A DNA stretch of 64,000 nucleotides from Candidatus Levyibacteriota bacterium. Its GTDB lineage: Bacteria > Patescibacteriota > Microgenomatia > Levybacterales > UBA12049. Location of the stretch: NCBI GenBank assembly GCA_963716145.1, contig OY970292.1, positions 140,104-204,103 on the forward strand. Reading direction: 5' to 3'. A model generated the notes under the pieces. It was not told the origin of the DNA, did no database searches, and saw only the letters and a program-made list of their open reading frames with translations. The position numbers were made by a program, and so were the translations under genes. Of this stretch, positions 1 through 11,057 are shown in pieces. The stretch's first letter is position 1, and every line of letters begins with the position of its first letter.

Positions 1-1777
<1,777 letters not shown>

Positions 1778-1784
1778 TGTGTTT

Positions 1785-1812
1785 ATTGTACTAAAAATTG
1801 TGGTTTTAACAA
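1785..1812 (-). promoter_or_regulatory. Putative internal sigma70 promoter for adoK-ahcY
   Basis: TTGTTA-16 nt-TACAAT, ending 7 nt before the adoK ATG. Confidence 0.45.
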
Positions 1813-1822
1813 AGACTGAGGT

Positions 1823-2932
1823 TTAATTAACGATTTTTTCCCAGGGGAATTCATCTCTGCCAAAATGTCCGTAGGCTGCTGTTTTACTATAAATTGGTCG
1901 AGCCAGATCAAGAGTTTCGATAATAGATCTGACTGAAGTGTCAATTAATTTATCTTTGAAGTCATGAAGAGCCTTTTCGCTTACAGTTTCCGTACCGAAG
2001 GTTTCAATCGTCTGCATCAATGGTCTCGGTTGGCCAATGACATATGCAAGACCCACTTCGCACTTTTTTGCCAATCCATGAGCTACGATATTTTTTGCGA
2101 TATAACGGGCCGCATATGCACCACTCCTATCAACCTTACTCGGATCCTTGCCGCTAAAAGCACCGCCGCCGACTCGGGCATATCCGCCGTAAGTGTCAAC
2201 AACAATTTTGCGTCCAGTCAGTCCGGCATCCGACTCAGGTCCCGGGATATGCCACAGTCCGGTACCATTTACCGTAATGTCTTTGTCTTTTGGAAGGTCG
2301 AATTTGTATTGTTTTAAAATCGGTTTGAAAATATGCTCGATGACTTCTGATCGCACCTTTTCTGCACTTGTTTTTTCATCATGAGCGACAGCCGCGACAA
2401 GCTTCTCAATGCTTACGCATTCGCCATTTTCATAACGGATTGTTACTTGCGCTTTTCCATCTGGACGAAGCCATTTCAATTCACCATTTTCTCGCACTTC
2501 ATCAATTCTCTCAGCCAGTCTGTGGGCAAGCCGTATGGGAAGGGGCATAAGTTCAGGAGTGTCTGTGCAGGCAAAACCAAACATCATTCCCTGATCTCCG
2601 GCTCCATCCTGATCAACTCCCATTGCGATTTCAGGGGATTGCTCGTGCACATCATTATTAAAGGCTGAATCCTGACTAAAGCCCCAGGCGGGCACAGTAT
2701 AGCCCAGTCTTTCAACTGTATCCCTTGCAATTTTTTCAAAATCAATCTTTGCGTTTGTTTTGATTTCGCCAAATAAGCAAATTTGATTGGCGCCAGCAAC
2801 TGTTTCAATTCCAGCATGGGAGTTGGGGTCCTGTGATAAGGCAGCATCCAAAATCGCGTCGCTGATTTGATCACATATTTTGTCGGGATGTCCCGCGCAA
2901 ACTGATTCAGATGTAAAAACAAAATTTTTCAT
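1823..2932 (-). CDS. metK: S-adenosylmethionine synthetase
   Basis: FTSESVCAGHPDK, GAGDQG, GLTGRKI, GGGAFSGKDPSKVDRS, YGHFG motifs. Confidence 0.98.
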   Translation of the reverse strand: MKNFVFTSESVCAGHPDKICDQISDAILDAALSQDPNSHAGIETVAGANQICLFGEIKTNAKIDFEKIARDTVERLGYTVPAWGFSQDSAFNNDVHEQSPEIAMGVDQDGAGDQGMMFGFACTDTPELMPLPIRLAHRLAERIDEVRENGELKWLRPDGKAQVTIRYENGECVSIEKLVAAVAHDEKTSAEKVRSEVIEHIFKPILKQYKFDLPKDKDITVNGTGLWHIPGPESDAGLTGRKIVVDTYGGYARVGGGAFSGKDPSKVDRSGAYAARYIAKNIVAHGLAKKCEVGLAYVIGQPRPLMQTIETFGTETVSEKALHDFKDKLIDTSVRSIIETLDLARPIYSKTAAYGHFGRDEFPWEKIVN

Positions 2933-2984
2933 AGTTCGATAAACTCACTATGCTTCGAATTATGCTGAGCAAAGTCGAAGCATA
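2932..2984. repeat. Pair of REP-like TTCG..CTCA hairpin units upstream of metK
   Basis: + strand TAG-TTCGATAAACTCA-CTA (2932-2950); - strand ATGC-TTCGACTTTGCTCA-GCAT (to about 2983). Related copies at 34828-34873, 48166-48188 and 48877-48896. Confidence 0.75.
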
Positions 2985-3010
2985 AAAAAAGCCTCTCAAT
3001 ATGGAGAGGC
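2984..3010 (-). terminator. Intrinsic terminator of the riboswitch expression platform
   Basis: GCCTCTC-CATATT-GAGAGGC followed by T7 on the - strand, between the aptamer and metK. Confidence 0.88.
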
Positions 3011-3029
3011 ATTATTTTGCTAAAAAGCC

Positions 3030-3097
3030 GCATCTCCTCTCGGATTGGCACCGCAATTCTCGGTTGCCGCCCCGATTGAATCGGGGTCTCTTGATAC
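3030..3097 (-). ncRNA. Compact SAM-I-family riboswitch aptamer
   Basis: - strand GTATC-AAGAG-ACCCCGATTCAATCGGGG-CGGCAACCG-AGAATTG-CGGTGCC-AA-TCCGAGAGGA-GATGC has the ATCAAGAG, GGCAACC, GGTGCCAA and GAT core elements; directly upstream of metK. Confidence 0.9.
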
Positions 3098-3132
3098 CTC
3101 TATATTAGAACATAAAGAAAATTAAAATGCAA

Positions 3133-4542
3133 CTAGTTTATAGAAACTATCTCATCCAAGAATATTTTTCCCGGATTTAGAATTCCGTTCTGATCAAGAA
3201 GATTTTTTACACTTTTCATAATGGGAAGGCTTGTAGGGTGTTCAAAAGCTAAAAATTTCTTCTTATCTATACCCAGGCCGTGTTCCCCGGTAGCAGTTCC
3301 TCCAAGACCAATCGCGAAATGGGTGAGCTTGTCATTGATAGCTTTTGCGCGCTCAAGTGATGCTTTATCGTTGATGTCGTAGAGTGCCCATGCATGAAAA
3401 TTGCCGTCTCCAACATGTCCGTGGTTAAGCATTTTTATATCATATTCCTTTTGTAATTCTTTAACTTTTTTTATAAAATCGGGGACAAATTTTAATGGTA
3501 CTCCGGCCTCTGCAGATAAAATACCGGTATTGGGGTCCATATTATAAAAGGCAAGCCGTATGCCCTTACGGCAGCCCCACAGTTTTGCGCATGCTTGTTC
3601 TGTTGTGAAGGTTTGAAGACTTGCAGCTTTGTGTTTTTTTGTGATTTGTTTTAGTAATCCCAGCTGCATAAGTAAAGTTTCTTTTTGTCCGTGCAGCTCA
3701 ACCAAAATAGTATTGACCTCTTGCAGTTTCATACCTTGCTGGGCTTTATTAACAAGTGCTACATAGTTTTCGTCCATGTGTTCAAGTGCTGCCGGTTTTA
3801 TGTCGGAGTGAAGAATATCCATAATTGTCCCATTGAGGGATGTGATATTTGGAAACGCAATCAGTGCTGCCATTTTATTTTGGGGAATGGGCAATAGCCT
3901 AAGTGTTGCTTTTGTAATAATTCCCAAAGTACCGGAGGAGCCTATAAAGAGATTCTTTAAATTATATCCTGAAACAGATTTTATCGACTTACTTCCAACG
4001 CGTATTATTGTGCCATTGGCTAGTACAACTTCCAGTTCCATCACCCAGTCACCAACAACGCCGTATTTCACGGCATACATCCCGCCGCTATTATTTGCGA
4101 TAACTCCCCCAATTGTTGCTATATTGGCACTGCCAGGAAATGCAGGCAGGAAAAGATTGTGGGGTTTTAAATGGTCGTTTAACTCTTCACATATTATCCC
4201 CGGTTCAACTACTACCTGCATACTTTCCGGAGTAATCTCCAATATTTTATTCATTCGGGTCAGATTGAGAATTATGCCTCCAAAAAGAGGAATAGGATTT
4301 CCCTGCAAGCTTGTACCCCCTCCCCAAGCGGTCACCGGTGCATGATGTTTGTTCGCGAGTTTTAGAATCCTACTTACTTCTTGTGTTTTTGTCGGCCAAA
4401 CAACAACGTCCGGAAGCGAAGAAGAGTTAAAAGATTTATCTTTTGAATGGCGGTTTTTTATACTTGGATCTACTGAAACCCTAGCCGGTCCGACGATATT
4501 TATAAGTTCGTTAATAATTGAAACATCAAATGATTTTCGCAT
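3133..4542 (-). CDS. FAD-linked 2-hydroxyacid dehydrogenase (GlcD / D-lactate / D-2-hydroxyglutarate dehydrogenase family)
   Basis: GGGTSLQG, ATIGG, GYNLKNLFIGSSGTLGIIT, GHVGDGNFH, TGEHGLG, LNPGK motifs. Confidence 0.9.
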   Translation of the reverse strand: MRKSFDVSIINELINIVGPARVSVDPSIKNRHSKDKSFNSSSLPDVVVWPTKTQEVSRILKLANKHHAPVTAWGGGTSLQGNPIPLFGGIILNLTRMNKILEITPESMQVVVEPGIICEELNDHLKPHNLFLPAFPGSANIATIGGVIANNSGGMYAVKYGVVGDWVMELEVVLANGTIIRVGSKSIKSVSGYNLKNLFIGSSGTLGIITKATLRLLPIPQNKMAALIAFPNITSLNGTIMDILHSDIKPAALEHMDENYVALVNKAQQGMKLQEVNTILVELHGQKETLLMQLGLLKQITKKHKAASLQTFTTEQACAKLWGCRKGIRLAFYNMDPNTGILSAEAGVPLKFVPDFIKKVKELQKEYDIKMLNHGHVGDGNFHAWALYDINDKASLERAKAINDKLTHFAIGLGGTATGEHGLGIDKKKFLAFEHPTSLPIMKSVKNLLDQNGILNPGKIFLDEIVSIN

Positions 4543-4549
4543 AAATGCT

Positions 4550-6436
4550 TTAGTAAACTTCCCTTACTCTTATTGTCCCGGGGATTTTTTGTAAATCTTT
4601 TAAAATATTTGCGGATTTTTGAGTTGTGACATCTGTAATAACATAGCCAATAATCTCATTTGTTTTGAGATATTGCCCCTCTATGTTTGCGCTGTTTTCT
4701 CCCATGACTTTATTAATGCTAGCAAGAACTCCGGGAACATTTTTGTGAATATGCAAAAAGCGGTGAGTATGCGGATGATCTGGTAATGCAATCTCAGGAA
4801 TATTAATACTTCCGACAGTTGTCCCGTTGATAGCATAACGAAGAATTTTTTGAACAACAAAATTTCCGCTTGCTTTTGTCGCTTCTTCCGTCGCGCTGCC
4901 AATATGAGGCGTTAGAATGACATTTCCAAATTTTTGAAGAGGGGAAGAAAAAGAGTCCTTTATATTTTTAGGTTCTGTGGTGAATACATCAGTTGCGAGG
5001 CCTCCCAATTTTTTATTTTTCAACTGGCTTGCGAGTAATGTCTCAGATATTATATATCCTGAACTCAAGTTGATAAATAGCACTCCTTGTTTCATAAGTG
5101 AAAATTCTTTTTTGGTAAGCGGGTAGTCTTTCATTTGACTGCCCTCAATATGTAAGCTTATGACATCAGCAATACGCAAAAGCTCCTCCATGCTTTCACA
5201 GGAAATTGCGTTGCCAAGCGAGGCTCTTTCTTCTTTATCGTAAAAATACACCTGCATCCCCAAGAGTTCTGCCAACATCGAAACTTGTGCTCCAACAGCG
5301 CCGTATCCAATAATTCCCAATTTTTTTCCTTTTATTTCATTACTTTGAGTCGGGGTTTTGTCCCATACTCCTTTTTTTAAATCTGTGCTTTTTTCAAAAA
5401 CCTGACGGGAGAGCATGATAATTTCACCTACTACAAGTTCCGCGACTGAGCGGATATTGGTGAAAGGAGCATTGAATACAGCAATGCCTTTTTTTGTGCA
5501 CATATCAAGATTAATTTTTGCAGTGGTTAGACCAAATCTGCCAATTGCCAAAAGCTTGTCCGCTTTTTCCAGTAATGCTGAATCTACTTGTGTTCGTGAA
5601 TCCACGATCAAAACCGTTGCGTCCTTTATAGCCCGCACCAATAATTTTCCTGAAATCGCTTTTTCTTCAATGACTACCCGAAAACCTTCCTGTTCAAATC
5701 GCGATATAATCTTGCTGTGGGGCTGTCCGAGGATAAGAGCTAGAGGACCGGTTTCGGGTTCTACAGTTTTTTGGATTGAGCCATATAAAAAAAATAGCTC
5801 ATCAAAATTGAACATCACATCATCAGCAAGTTCAGCAACAGATGCTCGGTTAATATTTTCAGTAAATGCGAAAAACTTTTTTGCTGCACCATTTTTTTTG
5901 ATTTCATAATCAGTATATCCGTCTCCAATCACTATAATATCGCCTTTCAGATGAAGACTTTTTATGGCTTCCGTTTTACCGCCCTTGTTTGCCAGCGGAT
6001 TTTTTTTGTTATAACCAACGGCAATTCCCTGCCGGTTAAAAATAAACGAATTGCCTAGAACATGTGATTTCTCAACTCCAAATTCCGCAACAACCGGAAC
6101 AGCATAATCTGTAAAGCCGCCGGTAATAACGTATATATTATTCTTGTAATTTTTAAAAAATTCTTTATTACGGATAATAGAAGGAGTAATAGATTTTCTA
6201 AGAAGTTGGATTAGTTTATCAATGTCTTCTTTTTTTGGTTGAAAAAGCGTAAGGCGCTTAATAAGAGATGTAGGAAAATCAATTTTTCCTTCCATGCCTG
6301 CTTTTGTGATTTCGGTAATTTGTTTTATGATAGCAGTGCTTTTAGGGTTATTTTTTAGTACGATTTTGGAAAGCTCGTCTAAAGCCTCAACAGTAACAAA
6401 TGTGCTGTCAAAATCGATAATAAAATTAGTTAACAT
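4550..6436 (-). CDS. serA: Fusion of a HAD phosphoserine-phosphatase-like domain, a D-3-phosphoglycerate-dehydrogenase-like domain and an ACT domain
   Basis: N-terminal DFDST and GDGYTD (SerB); NAPFTNIRSVAE, GYGAVG, DVFTTEP, TPHIG (SerA); C-terminal HKNVPGVL ACT domain. The conserved Arg appears replaced (INLSSG). Confidence 0.85.
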   Translation of the reverse strand: MLTNFIIDFDSTFVTVEALDELSKIVLKNNPKSTAIIKQITEITKAGMEGKIDFPTSLIKRLTLFQPKKEDIDKLIQLLRKSITPSIIRNKEFFKNYKNNIYVITGGFTDYAVPVVAEFGVEKSHVLGNSFIFNRQGIAVGYNKKNPLANKGGKTEAIKSLHLKGDIIVIGDGYTDYEIKKNGAAKKFFAFTENINRASVAELADDVMFNFDELFFLYGSIQKTVEPETGPLALILGQPHSKIISRFEQEGFRVVIEEKAISGKLLVRAIKDATVLIVDSRTQVDSALLEKADKLLAIGRFGLTTAKINLDMCTKKGIAVFNAPFTNIRSVAELVVGEIIMLSRQVFEKSTDLKKGVWDKTPTQSNEIKGKKLGIIGYGAVGAQVSMLAELLGMQVYFYDKEERASLGNAISCESMEELLRIADVISLHIEGSQMKDYPLTKKEFSLMKQGVLFINLSSGYIISETLLASQLKNKKLGGLATDVFTTEPKNIKDSFSSPLQKFGNVILTPHIGSATEEATKASGNFVVQKILRYAINGTTVGSINIPEIALPDHPHTHRFLHIHKNVPGVLASINKVMGENSANIEGQYLKTNEIIGYVITDVTTQKSANILKDLQKIPGTIRVREVY

Positions 6437-6596
6437 AACTAAAACTCGGGGCAGTTAATTAAATTTATCTTAAATGCATTTTTGCCAGAATCATTGTAAT
6501 ACGAAATAGCTATAAATGCAAAGGTTCATAATTTTATAAAAACCTTAATCGAACTTGAATTAAGTTCATAATTAAACTAAAATTGTATCTATGTTT

Positions 6597-6694
6597 ATCC
6601 CGTTAGAAAAGTTGTACGGGGTTTTTGCTTATGGATAGTTCAAATAAAGTTTCAAATAAAAAAAATCAAGAGAAAAAAGAATTTCTAACGGGAT
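6597..6694. repeat. 13-bp perfect inverted repeat bracketing the ileS start
   Basis: ATCCCGTTAGAAA (6597-6609) and TTTCTAACGGGAT (6682-6694). Confidence 0.75.
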
Positions 6695-9540
6695 TTAAAC
6701 CCGTAAATCCAGCTATTAGTTTTCCTGATCTGGAAAAAGAAATTTCTGAATTTTGGAAAAAAAATAAGACGTTTGAAAAATCTGTCACTAACCGTCCTGC
6801 AAACAAACGCTGGAATTTTCTTGACGGACCTCCATTTGTAACAGGAATGCCGCATTACGGATCGCTTCTTTCAAGTCTCCCCAAGGATTTATTTGGCCGC
6901 TACTGGACTATGAAGGGTTACAGAGTGGAGCGGGTTTGGGGATGGGATGGACATGGCCTACCGATTGAAAATAAAGTGGAAAATGAGCTTGAGATCAAGA
7001 GAAAAAGAGATATAGAAGAAGTTGTTGGTGTTAAGAAATTTATAGATAAGTGTAAAGAATATGTAGAAGATGTTTCTTCGGAATGGGAGTGGTATATCGA
7101 CAGGATTGGACGATGGGCGGATTTCAAAAACGCTTACAAGACATGGGACATTGATTACATGGAATCTGTAATGTGGGTTTTCAAGCAAATGTATGAAAAG
7201 GGATACATCTATAAAGGTCTTAAGGTTTCACTTTATTGTCCTCATTGCTCAACTCCAATTTCAAATTTTGAAGTAGCAATGGATGCTGATAATTATAAAG
7301 AAACTACAGAGCGTGCCACTACTTATAAATATAAATTGTTAGGCGAAGAAAATATTTTTATTCTTGCGTGGTCTACAACTCCATGGAATAAAATCGCAAC
7401 TCCGGTTCTTGCTGTAAATCCAAAGCTTGCTTATGTAAAAGTTCTGCAAAGCAGAATTGTAAATGAGAAAAAAGTTGATGAGTATTACATATTAGCTGAA
7501 TCAACTCTGAAGATGCTGGATGGAAAATATAAAATTGTTGAAAAATATAAAGGAAAAGATTTGCTAGGCAAAAAGTTTGAATCCCCTTACGATTATTATT
7601 TAAAACGTGCAACAGGTAAGATTTTTGAAATAATCGAAGGAGATTTTGTGACAGCAGATGAGGGAACAGGGGTTGTGACAATTGGTGCATATGGAGAAGA
7701 AGATTTGAAAGTAATGCGTGAGCAAAAGGTCCATATTGAAATGCATTTGGATGAGGAGGGAAATGTGAAGGAAGATGTTCCCTTGTTTGGCGGCATGTAT
7801 TATCTGAAAGCAAATAAATTTGTTAATGAAGATCTGGAAAAACGGGGATTAATTTATAAAGATGTTGAATATTTGCATCGAATCCCTCTTTGTTGGAGAT
7901 GTCATACTCGTTTGTATTATGCGCCGATTGATGCTTGGTATGTTGGTGTTCAAACGCTTAAGCCTCTGATGAAAAAGACAAATGAAAGCGTTAATTGGTT
8001 CCCAAAGCATTTTAAAACAGGCAGATTTCTAAAAAGCTTGGAAAATGCACCTGATTGGAATATATCAAGAAACCGCTACTGGGGCAGTCCTGTTCCTGTC
8101 TGGGAATGTGAATGCGGGGAGCGGTTTGTCCCAGGATCCATAAAAGAATTGGAAGAAGCATCGGGAGAGAAGATTTACGACTTACACAAGCCTGAGATAG
8201 ATGAAGTAAAAATAAAATGCAAAAAATGCGGCAAATTGAGTAAGAGAGTTCCTGAAGTTCTCGATAGTTGGATTGAGGCAGGATCAGCGTCATTTGCGGA
8301 AAGACATTTTCCTTTTGATAAATTACAAAAACTTGAAGATTTCTTTCCACCGGATTTTATAGCAGAGTATACAGGGCAAATCAGGGCTTGGTTTTACGTG
8401 TTGCACGTAATAGGTGCTGCTCTTTACAAGTCTCCTGCTTTTAAAAATGTTGGGGTCTCAGGAGTTATCCTGGGAACTGATGGGCGGAAAATGAGTAAGA
8501 ATTTCAAAAATTATCCGGATCCGGCCGAGATGCTTGATAAGTACGGGGGAGATGCTCTGCGTTTATATCTATTGGGAAGTCCTGTTATGAGAGGGGAGGA
8601 CATTTTGATATCTGAGGAGCAGTACAAAAATCAAGTTCGCGGTACAATGCTTATACTCTGGAATGTTTATAATTTTTTCGTAACCTATGCAAATTTGGAC
8701 TCCTGGAATCCAAAAACTCAAAACTCAAAACTCAAAACTCAAAATATATTGGACGAATGGGTTTTGTCTCTTTTGAATAATTTAGTTTCGGATGTCACAA
8801 AGAGTTTGGATTCATACGACACTGTAGCGGCAATCGACGCGCTTAAAGATTTTGTAAATGATTTTTCAACTTGGTATATCAGGAGAAGCAGGGACCGGGT
8901 CGGACCCAGCGCAGATGATATTGAAGATAAAAACGCATTTTATCAAACTAGTTTTGAAGTTTTGACTACTGTTAGTAAGTTACTCGCACCAATAGCACCG
9001 TTTATCTCTGAATCAATCTTCAAAAATTTAACAGGCGAGGAATCAGTGCATTTGGCAGACTGGCCGGCTGCGAATTCAGAATTCAGACTTCAGAATTCAG
9101 AATTGATTGAGGAGATGAAGCATGTCAGAAAAATTGTGGAGCTTGGCTTGGCATCCCGCAAAGAAAAACAAATAAAAGTTAAACAGCCGTTGGCAAAAAT
9201 TACAGTCTGTCCCGGCAAGAAGGAAGCAAAGTTTAGCGAGAAGTTAGACTATCTAATTTTGGATGAATTAAATGTTAAAGAAATAACATACATTAAAAAA
9301 GACAAAGATGAAACTGAGGTAGAACTGGATACAAATTTAACTGATGAGCTTATTGCCGAGAAAGAGGCACGAGAAATCGTCAGAAAGATTCAAGAAGAGC
9401 GGAAAAAAGTAGGTACAACGATGGATGAGAAAATTGATGTAATTTTAGAAGAGTGGCCTCAGGCATTTGAAGAGTATATAAAGAAAAATGCTCTTGTTAA
9501 CTCACTTTCAAAAGGAGAATTTGAAGTTAAAAGGTTATAG
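6631..9540 (+). CDS. ileS: Isoleucyl-tRNA synthetase, type 2
   Basis: DGPPF...PHYGS, GWDGHGLPIE, DWNISRNRYWG, KMSKN, WYIRRSR; start moved to ATG 6631. Confidence 0.96.
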   Translation: MDSSNKVSNKKNQEKKEFLTGFKPVNPAISFPDLEKEISEFWKKNKTFEKSVTNRPANKRWNFLDGPPFVTGMPHYGSLLSSLPKDLFGRYWTMKGYRVERVWGWDGHGLPIENKVENELEIKRKRDIEEVVGVKKFIDKCKEYVEDVSSEWEWYIDRIGRWADFKNAYKTWDIDYMESVMWVFKQMYEKGYIYKGLKVSLYCPHCSTPISNFEVAMDADNYKETTERATTYKYKLLGEENIFILAWSTTPWNKIATPVLAVNPKLAYVKVLQSRIVNEKKVDEYYILAESTLKMLDGKYKIVEKYKGKDLLGKKFESPYDYYLKRATGKIFEIIEGDFVTADEGTGVVTIGAYGEEDLKVMREQKVHIEMHLDEEGNVKEDVPLFGGMYYLKANKFVNEDLEKRGLIYKDVEYLHRIPLCWRCHTRLYYAPIDAWYVGVQTLKPLMKKTNESVNWFPKHFKTGRFLKSLENAPDWNISRNRYWGSPVPVWECECGERFVPGSIKELEEASGEKIYDLHKPEIDEVKIKCKKCGKLSKRVPEVLDSWIEAGSASFAERHFPFDKLQKLEDFFPPDFIAEYTGQIRAWFYVLHVIGAALYKSPAFKNVGVSGVILGTDGRKMSKNFKNYPDPAEMLDKYGGDALRLYLLGSPVMRGEDILISEEQYKNQVRGTMLILWNVYNFFVTYANLDSWNPKTQNSKLKTQNILDEWVLSLLNNLVSDVTKSLDSYDTVAAIDALKDFVNDFSTWYIRRSRDRVGPSADDIEDKNAFYQTSFEVLTTVSKLLAPIAPFISESIFKNLTGEESVHLADWPAANSEFRLQNSELIEEMKHVRKIVELGLASRKEKQIKVKQPLAKITVCPGKKEAKFSEKLDYLILDELNVKEITYIKKDKDETEVELDTNLTDELIAEKEAREIVRKIQEERKKVGTTMDEKIDVILEEWPQAFEEYIKKNALVNSLSKGEFEVKRL
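8713..8744. repeat. Heptamer tandem repeat inside ileS
   Basis: (AAAACTC)x4 plus AAAA, translated KTQNSKLKTQN. Confidence 0.9.
9072..9106. repeat. Heptamer tandem repeat inside ileS
   Basis: GAATTCA GAATTCA GACTTCA GAATTCA GAATTGA, translated NSEFRLQNSEL. Confidence 0.88.
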
Positions 9541-9568
9541 TTAAAGCGGCTCCGCATGGTTAATATTT

Positions 9569-10645
9569 ATGAAATCAAAATTGCTAGTTGATCTACGGCT
9601 TATTGTTCCTGTAATTGTTCTTATTACTATTTCGCTAGTTACTCTATTTTCCATAAATATAATTTTTTTTAAAAGTCAGCTGATATCTTTGGTTGTCGGA
9701 TTAATCGCTTATTTTTTCTTTTCGAAGATAAACATGGATTTTCTAAAAGAGTTAAAACTTCCTATTTATGTAATTTCTCTGATTTTGCTTTTAATTGTAC
9801 TTGTTATCGGACTTGAAACTAGAGGCGCTGTTCGGTGGATCGATATATTTGGAGTTAGGTTGCAATTTTCTGAAATCTTAAAACCTTTTTTTGCTTTAAT
9901 TTTTGCAGCCAGCATAACGAGCATGAAGAATAGTAGCTTCAAATCACTTTTAATGCTTATTGGTTTGGTAATACCGGTATTGTTGTTGATTTTTTTGCAG
10001 CCGGATTTGGGAAACGCCCTTTTATACGCTGGGGTTGCTTTATTTACGCTAGTTGTTGCCGGTTTCCCTTTTATATGGTTCTTGTTACTCTCACTTCCAC
10101 TTCTTTTGATGACTCCTTTGTTGTGGACACTGCTTCATAGTTATCAAAAAAAAAGGATTTTCACATTTCTTAACATCATAAAAGATCCGTTGGGAGATTC
10201 ATACAATGGGATTCAGGCAATAATTGCTGTTGGATCAGGAGCGTTTTGGGGAAAAGGTATATTTGAGGGAACCCAGTCAGTTTTACGGTTTTTGCCGGAA
10301 AGACATACTGATTTTATTTTTGCGACAATTGCCGAGGGAGTTGGTTTTGTGGGAGCTAGTTTTGTGATAATAGCTTTTTTACTTCTTTTATATCGTATGT
10401 ATGCTCTTTTCAGAGATAGCGATGATCCGTTTTGTAGAATGTTTCTTGCTACAAGTTTTGGATTTTTCCTGATTCAGGGCTTTGTAAATATAGCAATGAA
10501 TATGGGTCTTTTGCCTATTGTCGGAATTACTTTGCCCTTTGTTTCTTTTGGGGGAAGCTCTCTTCTTTCAAATTTTATTTTTCTGGGCATGATTACAAGT
10601 CTTGGGTCGTCGCCAAAAAATAAACATGTGCTGGAAATTAGGTGA
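9569..10645 (+). CDS. rodA: SEDS peptidoglycan polymerase RodA/FtsW
   Basis: Polytopic membrane protein with GAVRWI, QPDLG, LPERHTDFIF, GITLPFVSFGGSS. Confidence 0.93.
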   Translation: MKSKLLVDLRLIVPVIVLITISLVTLFSINIIFFKSQLISLVVGLIAYFFFSKINMDFLKELKLPIYVISLILLLIVLVIGLETRGAVRWIDIFGVRLQFSEILKPFFALIFAASITSMKNSSFKSLLMLIGLVIPVLLLIFLQPDLGNALLYAGVALFTLVVAGFPFIWFLLLSLPLLLMTPLLWTLLHSYQKKRIFTFLNIIKDPLGDSYNGIQAIIAVGSGAFWGKGIFEGTQSVLRFLPERHTDFIFATIAEGVGFVGASFVIIAFLLLLYRMYALFRDSDDPFCRMFLATSFGFFLIQGFVNIAMNMGLLPIVGITLPFVSFGGSSLLSNFIFLGMITSLGSSPKNKHVLEIR

Positions 10646-10670
10646 GGTATTTGCTATAATTAACAAACTT

Positions 10671-11057
10671 ATGAAATACGCAGTTCTACAAACAGGTGGT
10701 AAACAATATAAAGTATCAGAGGGATCGGAAATCGAGGTAGATAAAATAGAAGCAACAGCGGATAGTGATCTGAAGTTTGAAAAAATTCTGCTTTATGCCT
10801 TGGATGGAGTTTTTCAGGTTGGTCAACCACATATTGACGGTGCAGTAATAACAGCTAAAGTACTTGAGCAAAAAAAGGGTAAAAAAATCCGTGTTGCGAA
10901 ATTTAAAGCAAAGTCCCGCTATAGAAAAGTGCAGGGGCATAGGCAGATGTTAACAAAGTTACTTATTGAAAAAATTTCTGTAAAGAATGAAAAACCTGTT
11001 GAGGAAAAAGCAGCTAAAAGCTCAAAGTTAAAAGTTAAAATTGCAGTTCAAAATTAA
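10671..11057 (+). CDS. rplU: 50S ribosomal protein L21 with repeat-derived C-terminal tail
   Basis: MKYAVLQTGGKQYKV...GHRQ; true start ATG 10671. Confidence 0.96.
   Translation: MKYAVLQTGGKQYKVSEGSEIEVDKIEATADSDLKFEKILLYALDGVFQVGQPHIDGAVITAKVLEQKKGKKIRVAKFKAKSRYRKVQGHRQMLTKLLIEKISVKNEKPVEEKAAKSSKLKVKIAVQN

Noticed and set aside
6437-6630. T-box leader for ileS
   Set aside because: No AGGGTGGNACCGCG T-box sequence, no stem I and too little space.
8394-8410. Palindrome TTACGTG-TTG-CACGTAA as parS
   Set aside because: Does not fit the 16-bp TGTTTCACGTGAAACA consensus and lies in conserved ileS coding sequence.
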